Positions 1-13,300 of a stretch of DNA of 64,000 bases are shown here, one piece after another (positions within the stretch are counted from its first letter, which is position 1; every line of letters starts with the position of its first letter). Made by a program: the position numbers and the translations under genes. Source of the stretch: a virus; the IMG/VR virus record IMGVR_UViG_3300009151_000035, positions 1 to 64,000 of that record. One strand, given 5' to 3'. The notes under the pieces are model-generated. The model was not told where the DNA came from. It saw only the letters and a program-made list of their open reading frames with translations, and made no database searches.

Positions 1-510
1 ACTGCTGATAATTCCAACCAAGTCACCGGCTGCGAACAATCCTGTAACAACATAACCTGTTGATCCATCAGCAATGGTAAGTGGCACTGCACCCGATGTG
101 CCTTGAACACTAGAATATGCTGGCCCAACTACAATAAATGTGCTGGGGGGTACTGAGCAAACTTTTAGCTGCTGGTTTGTGGTGTCAAACCATAAATCTC
201 CTTGCACAGCAGGACTGGGTGCTGATGATGATGCGGTAGCACCTCCAACCACGGTCCAACCCACGCCCGAATAAACTTTTAAAAGTGTGTTGGTGCTATC
301 CCACCATAATTGTCCTGTGAGTGGAGCAGGGGGTGCTGTAGCGTTGGCACTATTTTCTAACATACGAATAAAATTGTCATCTAAAAACTGGCCGTATCCA
401 GCATAGTTTTTACCAACCAACGTTAATGTTGGTGCGAGCACAGTGTTTGTGGTACCATCTGCAATGGTAGCAAACACTGTGCCGTTTGTTAGAGCAATTG
501 TATATGCCAT
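1..510 (-). CDS. Virion structural / tail-fibre-like protein (partial, runs off the left edge)
   Basis: Not in the ORF track. ATG at 510 (minus) reads MAYTIALTNGTVFATIADGTTNTVLAPTLTLVGKNYAGYGQFLDDNFIRMLENSANATAPPAPLTGQLWWDS... The LVGKNYxGYG...P..GQLW.D pattern is typical of tail proteins of T4-like phages. TATAAATA lies just upstream. Confidence 0.8.
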   Translation of the reverse strand, partial: MAYTIALTNGTVFATIADGTTNTVLAPTLTLVGKNYAGYGQFLDDNFIRMLENSANATAPPAPLTGQLWWDSTNTLLKVYSGVGWTVVGGATASSSAPSPAVQGDLWFDTTNQQLKVCSVPPSTFIVVGPAYSSVQGTSGAVPLTIADGSTGYVVTGLFAAGDLVGIISS

Positions 511-539
511 GTTGGTTGCCTTATTCCTATATTTTGCTA

Positions 540-547
540 TATTTATA
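540..547 (-). promoter_or_regulatory. T4-type late promoter TATAAATA
   Basis: Exact match to the gp55 consensus on the minus strand, overlapping the stop of 543..1166 and about 30 nt upstream of the ATG at 510. Confidence 0.7.
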
Positions 548-1166
548 CAGCATTTATGTTGCTCAGCGTCTGTATGCGCAGGGTGTAATCAATTTGAATC
601 TGGCGGTTCAAGCTCTTTTGTACTGGATGGAAAATCACATGAGTGATCAATCGCAGATTGGTTGAGCTGCCATTCCAGGACTTCAATCCCAGTTCGTCAA
701 ATACATATTCACCGTTGAAATTGGTAGAATTATCAAACGCTTGTTGTGTGGGCGGTTCGCCATAATCTAATAAACAAGTCACAAGAATATCTGTATAAAC
801 AGTGCCTGCTGTATGAATCACAGACATGTAGTTGGTGTTAGGGTCGCTATCAGCTGCTGAATTATCATCAACTACTTTGGCATAAGTTTCATTATAAAGT
901 CCAGCATTTTGTCCCACTGTGTTTGGGGGCAAATACGTGATTACGCCTGTGGGGTCTACTGAACTGCCACCATTGCCAAATGCCATTGAATAGATAATTC
1001 CCAATCTAGATCCGTTTGAGTCCAATCTATTGCTTAAACTTTGAGCCATTGCAATTGATATATTTTCATAGTGAATTGCATTTTTCTTGTCTACTAGCAC
1101 TTCACCTGTGTTGGGATCATGTATCTTTACAAATCCTTGAATCTGAGCTAGTCCAGGAGTAATCAT
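543..1166 (-). CDS. Conserved phage structural protein (baseplate/tail-associated, hypothetical)
   Basis: 207-aa ORF within the tail operon. AFGNGG and FDELGL...LITHVIFHPVQKS motifs resemble tail-collar/baseplate proteins. Confidence 0.7.
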   Translation of the reverse strand: MITPGLAQIQGFVKIHDPNTGEVLVDKKNAIHYENISIAMAQSLSNRLDSNGSRLGIIYSMAFGNGGSSVDPTGVITYLPPNTVGQNAGLYNETYAKVVDDNSAADSDPNTNYMSVIHTAGTVYTDILVTCLLDYGEPPTQQAFDNSTNFNGEYVFDELGLKSWNGSSTNLRLITHVIFHPVQKSLNRQIQIDYTLRIQTLSNINAV

Positions 1167-1321
1167 GCTCTGCCCTCCAAGTAAACTTCGCGTGTTTTTG
1201 GGTCAAAAATACGCACATGAGCTTCAACGGAAAACGATCCTTGCTCGTTAGGGCGCTTGGGCTGAGGTTGTTTTTTCTCAGAATTTGCAGTTACTGGCTG
1301 TTTTGGCATAGTAGTTGACAT
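1163..1321 (-). CDS. Small hypothetical protein (52 aa)
   Basis: Below the track cutoff: MSTTMPKQPVTANSEKKQPQPKRPNEQGSFSVEAHVRIFDPKTREVYLEGRA*. ATGA overlap with the next gene; TAAATA 7 nt upstream. Confidence 0.7.
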   Translation of the reverse strand: MSTTMPKQPVTANSEKKQPQPKRPNEQGSFSVEAHVRIFDPKTREVYLEGRA

Positions 1322-1339
1322 GATCTTTTATTTACCTTG

Positions 1340-4300
1340 TTATAATCCACGTAAAAACCTTGCGGCAGTTGTTTCGGTCAGTTGCAGAGGTCGACCATTG
1401 CTGGGAGTGTTGACACCTGGCGCATACCATGTTACCCCTCTATGCTGTAGAATAACCACTTCAACACCTGCACCTGGTGCTGACAAATCATTGGCAGTGA
1501 GGAATTGCACAGCCAATGGATCATAATCAGTTTGTTGATAGTAGTTGCTGGCCAAACTTGTGCCTGCTACACCTGTGCCTGACCCAATGCCTGTAGCTGT
1601 GAATACCACACCCGGTAATGGATAAACATCGCTTGCTAATCCAATAGTATGCCAGTTGGTGTTGCCAACACTTGCAATAGTATAAGTTTGGCCAACTACA
1701 AACTGTCCAGCATAATAGCCTACTCTAGCGCGATTGCCGCCCACATAAACTTCAATACTGTTGATTTCAAACGAACTGTCAGCTAAATCAAACTGAATGG
1801 TCGGGGCATAGAATATTGTAGTAGACCCATCACCAACAGCAGTATCACTCACAATGTAGTTTTGAAACTGTTGCGGTTGTCTATTGCCGATGCCCATGTC
1901 ATACACTTGAGCAGCAACTGCGTGCGTGGTTGCAGCAGTGCCGGCAGTGCCACGTTGTAGGCCACTAATTGAATTTGTGCCAAGATCTCTCACACGGTAT
2001 AAGATACGCTCACCATCAATTGTGACCACACCAAAAATACCAGCGCTCAAGTTTGGTTGGCTGAGTGCCAAAGCACTTGTGACATATATGATGTCCGCAG
2101 TTGCAGAAACTTCTTGAGCCACTGTGGTTGTAGTGGCCGGGGTAATGCGGAATGTAGTTTGCACTTCCCGCATGTCTTGGAACAATCTAAATGCCATTGC
2201 AGCAGGCACAATGCTTTGAGTAAATTCATTTACCGCCAGAACTTGTGTTGGGCCAATAGTACCACTACCCAATATCAAATATTGTCCTTGAACTGCATAA
2301 TCTACTCCAGGGTACAGTCTCTCGCCATCTAACGTTGCCCACAATCTGTTGGCCGATAATCCTTCCCGGCCCAAATCAAAGTTATTGGCAGGGATAGAAA
2401 TACCAAGACTAAAATCAAAACTTCCGGCAGTGTTGTTGAAATTGCTGGTGGAAAGAGCTCTTGTTGTAATAGTTCCTGTTGCGGTACCATTTCCTTGAAC
2501 AGCAGTTCCTGTTCCTATACCAGTTCCTGTTGCATTTGCAGTAAATGTTGTATTAAAAGTATTACTTGCTGCTCCTAATAACGTCCAGTCGGTAGTGCCC
2601 AGGTACTTGATTGTATATGATCTTCCAGACACTAATCCGCTGGCAGCAACTGTGCCACTTCCGGTTGCAACAAATACAGTTCCTGGATTATTGTTGGCAG
2701 CTCCTAAAGCAACAAAGTTAGTGTTTCCAGCAGTTAAAATAGTGTAACTATTGCCTACTATAAATTGTCCAGATGGGTATTCTCCAGTATAAGTGCTGGT
2801 ATCGTCTACAAATAATGGATCATAATTAATAGTATCATACGGCTCAACAAGTGTGAGACCAGTAGTGACTGGACCCACAAACACCAAAGTCAATGGATCT
2901 TGCTGTGATGTATCGTTCCAACTGGTAATTGCAATTTGATCACCTAGATTTAATAACGGTGTTATTAACAATCGATTAGGTGATCCTAACACAACTGTGT
3001 ATTGTGCAATAAGGTTAACTGATATTAAAATTTGTGCACCATCTGCTGGCGGAGTAAAGAACACAACCTGACGGCCCGGAGTGTTGCTACCATTCCAATT
3101 GGTGACATAATAGTTGCCAATTGTGCTACCAAAATTTTGCACTTGTAAAACATTGTTTACCCAAACTTGAATATTGTTAAATGCATTAATAGATGATTGC
3201 GGATAGTTACCACGTTGCGGCAATCCAAAGCTGCTACTAGTCCCGTCACCAGTCCATTCAATACCTTCTGGTGGTTGTAGGCGTCTGCCATTGATAGTGA
3301 CCACTAGGTTGGCCACATTGGTACCTTGCATACTGTTTTCAAGGTTAATGCTGCTGGTCAATGTGTCAGACTGAGTGGCAGTATGATACTGTGTTACGGC
3401 TGTGCTCCAACTGTGTTGAGGATTTTCAAATCCCATGGCAGTAATAGAAATGCCATCACCTGCACTATATGGTGCATCATTGCCAATGAATCGATTCCAA
3501 TTAATGCTAGTGGTTCCAACAGAGATGTCTGGATTTGATGTACAAACCCATCTTGTTGCAGCATTGGTTGTGCCTGCTGTGACCAAGGTGATTGCACTGG
3601 GTATTTCTGCAGGAGCATCAAAATCAATTGCTCTGGTCAATATCCAATACACTGAATTGTTACCAACTCTGGTAACAGTATAGATGCCATTGAATGCTGC
3701 GCTTTGCGTGGTATTATTAACATACGTACCTGTTTCATTTTTAACAAGTACGCGGTCACCAACGGATAACGTAGCGCCATCAATGGTCAGTGCAGAATAG
3801 TCATCGTATGCATTGTAACCTGTTAACGTTGCGCCAACACCGTTAGATCCGTTGTTGTATACATAACCAAACGATCCAAACAAAGATGTTGTGGTTGCAT
3901 ACTTTACATTGGCCATTGGATATGGGAATGTAACTGTAGATTGTAATTTTGGAACAAATTCTACCCAGAATAGTGGATTATCTATTGCAGTTCCAACTGG
4001 CACTGTTTGCAGTGCTCGATAATACAAAGTATTGTTTTTAACTACAGTTTGGGCAGCATAAGAATTTTCGTAAGTCCAAGGCACACTGACCGCATACGAC
4101 GTCCAGGTTGCACCAGATACATTTACACCGTTTACAAACAATACCAATTCATATATTTCACTGGCATTTACAGGAATTATTACAGAATTTCCTGTGTCAG
4201 ATCCACCGTAGTTACCGCGGAACAACTGATTGCCTCCGCCCATTTCATAAGCAGTAATACTAATTATGTCACCAGTGTTAATACCGCCACCAGAAACTGC

Positions 4301-7300
4301 TGTTATTGTCTGCGCCTGCCAATCCACAACATAGTCTATATCTGGTGTGAGATCACTATTTGTATTTTCATTAGACACTTCAATGTTTACAGGATATTGT
4401 ACCAAATCCCCCCAGTATAGTGAACGATTGTCATACACATAATTATATGTGCCTATACCAAATCCATGGCCTTGTCCAGTCCAGTCTGCACCTGGTCGAG
4501 TGTAAACGCGGAAATCTAGTGTGTCATATTCTGATCCATTCACTAACTCTTCTGGTGCATGTCCTTCGTAAGGTCCAATGAATTCTCCACCGTCAACATT
4601 GATATCTGTAGGACGTACGCCAAGGTACTGATCAGTAAAACTGCTGGCGTAGGTGGCATCTATCAGTTCTGGCACATCTGCTACCATGGTACCAGTAGCA
4701 GTGGTCAAAGTGAATGGTAACCCGTCAGGTGCCAGAGTAATTGTAAAATGTGTGGTACTGACAATACTGCAAATGTAATAAACTGTGCCAGCCACAATAC
4801 CACCAAACACAGTTCCATAGAATCTGATTGGGTCATTCACTGTCAGTCGAGCTGTTTGCACACATGAGATTTCATTGGTTGTGGCATTGGTAGCTGTACA
4901 CACTAATGTAGGACTTGCTGGTGAACTACCCAAGAAATAATCACCCCAAACTTGCACACCTGGATAGCTGGTGCCATCAACCAGCAGATTTAGATCTAAT
5001 CCAAGTTCGTTGACTCCTGGAACATAAAATCCCATGGTACGGTTGACACCACCCAATGTAGCTGCATCTATCACTATCCAATCTTCAAGATTAAATGTCG
5101 GTCCGACCACGGCGCTGCTGCCGTCTGCGCTGCTGGCTTGCCATACACGATCATCATAACGAACCAGTGTGCCATTTTCGTATGTGCCATTTTCACTCCA
5201 GGTCAGCACAGATGTTTGGTACTGATAACGGTCATATTTGAGCACTGTACGGAAACTGCGCACGAGTCCATTGGCCATTTGAGGATACGCAAAAGCGCCA
5301 GTTCCGTTGCCACCATCAAATACTATGCTTGGTGTTACACGATAGCCTGAGCCTCCATTGATTAACGTTATAGATACAATATTACCCAATGAGTTGAGAA
5401 CTGCCACAGCTTCTGCCCCAGACCCAGTATCTCCTTCTGCAGGCACAATTAACACTGTGGGTGCAATAGTATATCCTGTGCCTTGATTGGTTACTGTGAT
5501 TGAATCTACATGTAACAGATAATTGTCAAACCATTGACTATATGGCCAAGTTGGCCACAAAGTGCTATTAGGTGCAGTATCACTAAGTGTGTTGAACTGC
5601 TGAGTGGTAGCATGTTGGTACGGCAATAGAATTGGACTTACAAACTGTGGCAAAGTTAGATTGGTATCGTAATAAGCTGGCACATCAAAGTCCGTCAAGC
5701 TGCCTTGATAGCTGTCAGCACCATCATAAGTCAGATTGAATTCACGAACTTGTACATGATAGGGCTTAACTTCTTGAATGTAATCGCTCACAAAGTCTTG
5801 ATTGTCACGAATGTAATTCTGATACGGTAACAAATTTCTAACTTTGTGTTGTACATCAATCAAGCTGGTTTTAATTAACCATTCTGGTGCTAACAATTCG
5901 CTAAGGATAAAATTAAACATTAGTGTGAGTGACCGATTTCTTTCAATCTTCAATTCATCAATGAATAATTCTTCATTTATAGCTTGTATAATCTTGCGAG
6001 TTTCGATCACTGGCTCTTGATCATAATATTGTGCATCAAACACCTCTACGTCAAATCCAAATCTGCCTAACGCATAATCGTAAATTACCGCAGAAATTTC
6101 AATAGTACCGTCCTCAAGACCCACACGGTCCCACCCAGTATCAGTGCGCAGGTAAATTTCAAATTTACCTTGTGCATTGGCAGTTACCTTAACGCTAGAA
6201 CCAATAGCTACTGAGAGTGTGCTCAAACTGGCATAATTTGGTACTTCTGCCACAATAGTTGAGCTGGAATTGTATCCTGGCTGGTACCAGTTTACATAAC
6301 TCCAGTATTGACGTGTATCGTAATTTTGCACGCGAGTCAATACTATTTCTCTTACTGCTGGATCATTGGTAACTTGTACTTCATTAATGGTCCATAATCC
6401 ACGATTCAAACTGTTGGTAACCACAAGATATTTGTAACCCAATGGTACAGCATAGATATCTTGGAATCCCAATATTTCAAGGTTGGCCACACGCAAGTTC
6501 CAATCACCACTGTTTGCACTTGGCTCTGGCTCTGCACTGTTTAATAATACAAAACTTCTAATTTCTGTTATGGGGTATAATGCAAACACATCATTGGCAC
6601 GTTGGATATAATTTTTTAATGCCAAGAAGCGGTCCACAAACATGCTCTGACGTGGTCGAAACTGCACGCCATACCGTTGAGCATAATTAAGATTTGGATC
6701 TGGAACTTTGTTTCCAAATGTGTCCACTCCGCAGAAACTATCTTGCAGTTTACGATACAAATTACCACTCAAAAAAGAATCAGCTTGCCCCTGTGCAATT
6801 AACTCGTATTCAGTGTGTACATTGGCATTTGTTATGGACTGATCAAACTCCACACTGATAATAGTGTCTGATGCCACAATGTATTCGAGTGCATTATAGA
6901 TTGCAATGGTGCTAGAATTAATTGGCGCAATATAACTGATTCCGCTGGCTCTAGGCTCTTGAATGTAAGAAGCAACTGTGGCCACACTTAGAGTTTTGCC
7001 CAACTGTGATGCAGTTTCTGTTATTCCACGAATCCAATAGTAATATTCAGTAACAAATGTTCCAGACTGATTTAACCTAGTGCTTACAACATAACTGATA
7101 GTGCTGTACGGAGTACCAACTCCATTGTAATTTGCAGGAGGCACTGAGCTGGATATCCATTGATACACATCAACTCTACTGCCCGGGAACACCTGTCCCC
7201 AGCGACGACTAGCATAAGTTGGATTGTCTTGATTGGGATCAATAAATCTAACTGTGCTGATATCCCACCAAACTTCACCAAGATGTGTGGTAGCCCATGT

Positions 7301-10300
7301 GTCACCACGATTGTTGATTGGACCAACATTATAAGCAGCAGGATCAACAGCACTGATGTAGTCAATATTTTCTTGCGCGGCGCCCAATACTTTTCCTTGT
7401 AGTGGATCAAAGAAATCAAAAAAGTGACTCTTGGCAGAGGTAATTCTGTCATACATGTACACACTAGATAACAATCGTATGTCAACAACTGGTGGTTGAA
7501 TGGCAATTGGTTCCCAGGCCAGGCGTCTTGTGGGATTTTCAAAAATATACGCTGCGCCAAATTCACTAAACGTGCTATCTTCAAAGTCTTCACCAGGTGC
7601 TGTGGCAACAAGTACTCCAGAATTGTAACTTACTGCATAGCCAAATTGATCCAAGTATGATACTGCATTGGTTTCAACCTGTTGTCCAAATATAAATTTA
7701 CCTGGGTTTGCCACGCTGAGACTGTTGCTAGGCAGATAGTCATAAGTGTAAACCACACCAGACTGCACCACTGGGCTGAAGAATGTGGTAGAATTGCCAT
7801 CAAATGTAGTACCTGCTACTTCTGTTACTATGTTGTAATCAAATACCATTGGCAAGTACAAACTGCCCCTAGGTGATCCAACCACAAGATTCAGCGCAGT
7901 GTCATTTACAGCTACCGAGTAACCAAATTGCGAAAACTCCAGTGGTCGTGGACTGGCAATAGTTTGGGTATATACAAACGTGGCAAATCCAAGTGCAGAA
8001 AACACTGTGCCGACTGAGCCTGGCGCAACTTGTAATTTATTACCTTCTGGTGCGGCATCTGTATTGGTGACAAAAATCGTCAAGTAGCCGGTTGAAGAAA
8101 CCACTGCTGTGGCATTAGGAGCACCTGAGTTGGTTCCTGCTTCGCCGCCATTGATGGCAGCAGCAAGTCCTGCGATGTTGTTGTTTGGGCTGGCTGGAAC
8201 TGCAATGTCAACATTGTTTACTCGTAATGTCTGTCCAGCAGTCAAACTAGGATTGGCGATAGTAGAAGTAATTGTGCCATAGCTTCTTGCTTTATTCACA
8301 CTGCGTTCAACCACGCCACCTTTCCAAACAATGCTAGAATCTTGTGGCGCGCCCACGTACAGGCTACAGTTATATGGACACAAGTCTAAACTTTGACCAT
8401 AGTTTGTGTATTCAGCCACGGTGTTTTCTGTGATCAATTGTTGTTGAACAAACTGATTGATTTCAATTTCAATCACGTCGCCCACATACAACTCTTTGTT
8501 GATGGTAATGTTGTTACCGCTTACTGAGAATGTGTTATCAGCACCAACAATGCTGTCTGTTTGATTGGTCAAAAATACATTGTTGACCAGCACGCTGACT
8601 GGAGCAGTAACTGTACCTAGCACAGTGTATGTGTTAGAGCTGTCATCCTGACGAATGAATTTTTGCACGTTTCTGTCAATTATATACACCGAGCCAGCTT
8701 CAAGCAGTCCATTTACTGTGGCACTAGAACAACCAATTATAACTTGACGTCCGTCAGTGCTGCACTGCACACTATTGCCAAATCTCGCACCGGCCACAAC
8801 TGCCACAGTTGGAGTAATAGTTCCAGCAAGCTCATAATAAAACTGAGATGTCACTACAATAGATGCACCAGCACTTGGAACATTATAAAATGTTATTGTG
8901 GTACCAGCGTATGTGTAATCAATATTTGGACGTTGTAACACATTGTCAACAGTAACTGAGAACGAGTAAATGTTATTTGATCTAGCTGTAAACAGCCATT
9001 GCGATAGTGCATATGAGGCACCACTTGCAGTGAATGTTTTGACGTATTTTCTTGAAATTGCAACCACATCACCAGCAGCTGGAGGTGTTGCAAATGTCAC
9101 TGTGCTGTAACTGCCATTCACAGTGTATTCTGAAATCGTACGAGATGCAACTGTTTGTGAGATATTTATAGTGTAAGTACCAGCACCACCAGACCCAGAT
9201 CCAAACGCAACAATATACGTTCCAGCAGCCACACCTGTACCAGTAATATAAGAGCCAACTACCAGGGCACCTGATGCTACACTGGAGACTGTCAGTTGAT
9301 ACCCGCTGATTGATCCAGTTGTTACTGCCAACACACGAAGATTATTTGTTACAACCAGTTGATTTAAATTGTTTATCTGTACAGTATTGCTAATGTCAGC
9401 GGTATTGCTGGTGCCATTTGCAATGTATTGTAAAACCTGGTCTTCCCATTGTACTTGACCGTATGCATAAACTCTGTTGAGTCCAGGAGCACCAACATAC
9501 AACCAGCGTTCGTCAAGACTCATGGCCACACTATAACCAAATTCTCCAGCACCCGGAGTAGTTGTTGTTGTTGTGCCTGGTAATGTCAACAATTGTGACT
9601 GATACCAAGGACTGGTATTGGCAGCTCCAGCCGAAGGATCGCGCCATAGCACCACAGCATATCCGTTGTTAGCTGGATACCCGGCTGCTGCCGGGCCAAG
9701 GCTTGCGCTTGCACCGCCAATAGCAAATGTTTGATTACCAGCATCCACAGCATTGCCATATCCACGTAGTCCTGTGGTAGTTAATGTGAGAACAGTGTCT
9801 TGCCCGGCAATAGGACTGATTGGTACATATTGGTCGCCTGCATTTCTTACATATAGATAGATACCACCTTTGGCAGTACCTGAACCAAATCCATAGCGCG
9901 GACTACCAACAAATAATGCAGATCGGTTTGTGGCTTGTGCTACCGATGCACCATACTGTTCTGTGGCATCAAGTAATACTGGAGCCAATATTGCTCGGTC
10001 AGTGAACGGATTTTGTTTTTGTAATACTTCCCATAAGCCACTACCATTGTCATCCACCCAAACTTTTGCACCTGGTAAAAATTGTTGAGCATATGGCAAA
10101 TTCAATACATCACTGGCTTGTGCCACTCGCATGGTTTTCAAAGTAAAACCAATGCCAACTCCATCAACCACTGTGCGATCACCCACAAGATCCAGTGCAA
10201 TGTTTACTGTGGTTAAGTTTGGCACACTTAATACTGTATAAACTCCATTGACTTCTGCGTCAAAAAATCGTATGATCAATCGGTCACCAGTTGTCAATCC

Positions 10301-13300
10301 ATGTTGGCCACTGAATATGACTCTGCTGGTACCATTGAGATTGTCACAAACGTGTTGAATCTGCCCTGGCACAGCTTCTGCTCGATAAATTCCCCAATCG
10401 TAATTGTTTACTTTTGCAACCCAAAAAGTTGTTCCAACTATGATAGAATTAATATTGGCATTAATACTTGCAGGATCGTCTAGATTGAATACTGTGATAT
10501 CAGCATCATCGATGTTGACGTATCCTGCACTAGGCAAAGAAATATCTGTTGGTAGTGTAGTTGTAGTTGGCAACAGTGCGGTGGTAGTTAATGGAAAACT
10601 ACTTTTCCACACATCTCCAAGAAAAATTTGTTGGTCAGCAGTGCTCGGCTCATTTGGCACCACAACTTGCACCAAACTGGGATTGCTTGACAGCAACGCA
10701 CGATTTAGCCGTAAATCAAAGAAACTGCGATTGGCATTGGCTCCATATACTCCATTTTGAATCGCCCAATTTTCATAAACTTGGTATTCAGCAACTTCTT
10801 TGTTGAATTTGGCTTGGCCAAATAAATCAACACTGTTTTTAGTTCCCTTGGTTCTTAGGAATTCTCGGTAGATGTTGAGCTGACTGACATCGTCAAGATT
10901 TAATGCAGCCATGTATTGTCTTGGTCTAAAACCAATCAGTCCATAACTTAACAAATCATTGTCTTGAATCAAGTTTGCTGAATTAATGTCATAGCTGTTG
11001 CTGAGTTGATCAGCTTTGTTTGCTAGGTTGGCCAACAATCCCTGTTCAATAAATGTGTAATCGCTTTGATTCCAATCATTATAATTGAACTTGGTGCTGG
11101 GTTGCACAATTGTGGCTGCACTCCAGTATGCACCTTTGTGAGTTACTATTTCGCCCTTGGCATAGGTTTTTAATCCAGTCCAAGCAGGGATGTTATTTTG
11201 ATTTAGGATAAAGCCCTGTGCATTTACACTTCCATCCCACTCTGTGGTAGTGGTTCCAGAAATATACAGTCGACTTTGTCTAGCACCTGTGATAGGTTCA
11301 AAGATCAAGTCACCAAATAAACTGGCGTTATCCAACACAATCATGCTTTCAAAGCTGGTGTAACGCATGTCAATGAAACTTAGACTTTGATTGTTCAAGG
11401 GTTGAACAGTAAAGTTGTTATCAACTCTAACAATGTTGAGATCTCGTACAGGAAAGTCTCTACGATTTTGATCTAAAATAACATGTTCAGCCGTTTGAGA
11501 TGTAATTGTATCTACCACCGCTTGTTCTTTAAAAACTGACAATCCAATGGCCAAAGGATTTAAATTTATTAGGGAGCCGTTGCCCCACCCTTGTTGGCTC
11601 CAGTATATGAACTCATAAACCATTTGTGACCAAGTCATCAAATAACCATTGGTTTGATTGGTAAATTGGAAGCCTTGTGATTCTAGGAATTTTCCGTAGC
11701 TTAACAAGAAGTTGGCCACAGCTGATTCAGTTGTGAATACAAATCCATAGGGAATCTGAGCAATAGTGTCTGTGTAGTTGGCAGGCACTTTGATAGTTTT
11801 ACCGGCCACACTGTATGTTTCAAATTGCCCAACTGGGATACTTGTAAATGTATTGAAGAATGGTCTTGCAGTGCTGTAACCAAACACAGCCCATCCACCA
11901 TCCGTCACTTGAATCACAACTGAACTGTAGATCAGTCTGTCAAATGGTTGATTTTTGTACACCAACAGTTGATAACTTTCTGGCGGAATCTGCAGGGAAG
12001 TGTTGGTGGATTTGGGACTGGATTTTTCAGTATAAATTTTCAAGTACTGTTTGTCTGAGAATGACGCCATTCTGTAGCACAGCCGCACATCTAGATTTTG
12101 CAGATCTTTTTCTAGCGCCACAGTACTATTGGTACCTGTTATGCGATTGTAATCCACAATCCAGTTTATGTAACTGGCTTTGCTTGTGCCATCACCATAC
12201 ACTTGCACGCCAGTGGCATCCAGTCTGTAACGATTGTTGTAAAGATACTGATCAAATTCTGTACTGTACTTGTACAAGTCTCTGTCAGCAAACAGCGCAA
12301 AGAATTTTGCTGGTCGAGTCAATGCCAGCAAGCGCATGGCAGCAAATGGATAGTCGCTTGAATTCCACCACGAAGCTTCTACTGGCCCTCCGTCGCCGGG
12401 TGCCCAACTTTTCTGGAATGTTTGTGTGTTGTAATTACCTACCACTGATTCTAATGGTGCTAGTAATATACCAGCAGAGTCAGTTGGGAGCACAGATGTC
12501 AGTTTGGGTCTAGCATAAGCTGATAATATGTATGCTCCCACTGGATCTCTCACAAGACCAAGTTCTAAATCGTCCCACAAGTTCATGTTGTCAGACGTGT
12601 ACGGTCCGGAACCGTAGGTTATGTCCCACCAGTCTGGTTTGACGGTGAAGCCAATCATTTCCCATGGAGTCAATTCTGGCTGCTGAGTGTCGTAAAAATA
12701 ACGATAGATACCACGCCAAGCACCCAATAAGTTACTGCCATTGAGTACATTGGTTGAAGTGCTATAGTTATAGGTAAATGGATTGCTGGCATTGTAATTT
12801 TGTGTGGTGTAATCCAACTTGTTCCATCCAACATAACTTAAAAAGTTTGTTTCTAAAATGCTATTGATTTCAGCAGAACTATAACCAGTGTTTCTAAACT
12901 GCCCTGGCAACACATCAACAATGTCAAGCGGCACAGGATTGCCATCCAGTTTGATGTTGTTGTAAATTCTAGTTTCAAATTCTAACAGCACTTCGTCACG
13001 TATGTCACCAAAGATAGGAGTTTGACTGCCATCATGTCCCAGTATGACCAATTGCTCACCTGAACTAGTTTTCACTGGCTCAATAACTGGACGCCACACA
13101 GGATACAATCCCATCTTGCTAGGAGTGTTAGGCACGTAGGTACCATAAGTGGCACTGTATTCTTGAATGGTAATAGTGTCGCCAATGACCAATTCAATTA
13201 GAATGTCAATACGCGGACCATTGGTGGCCACTGTATATTCTAAATCTCTGGTCAAAATTCTATCATTCACATACACATTCATGCCAAGGTAATTGGCCGA

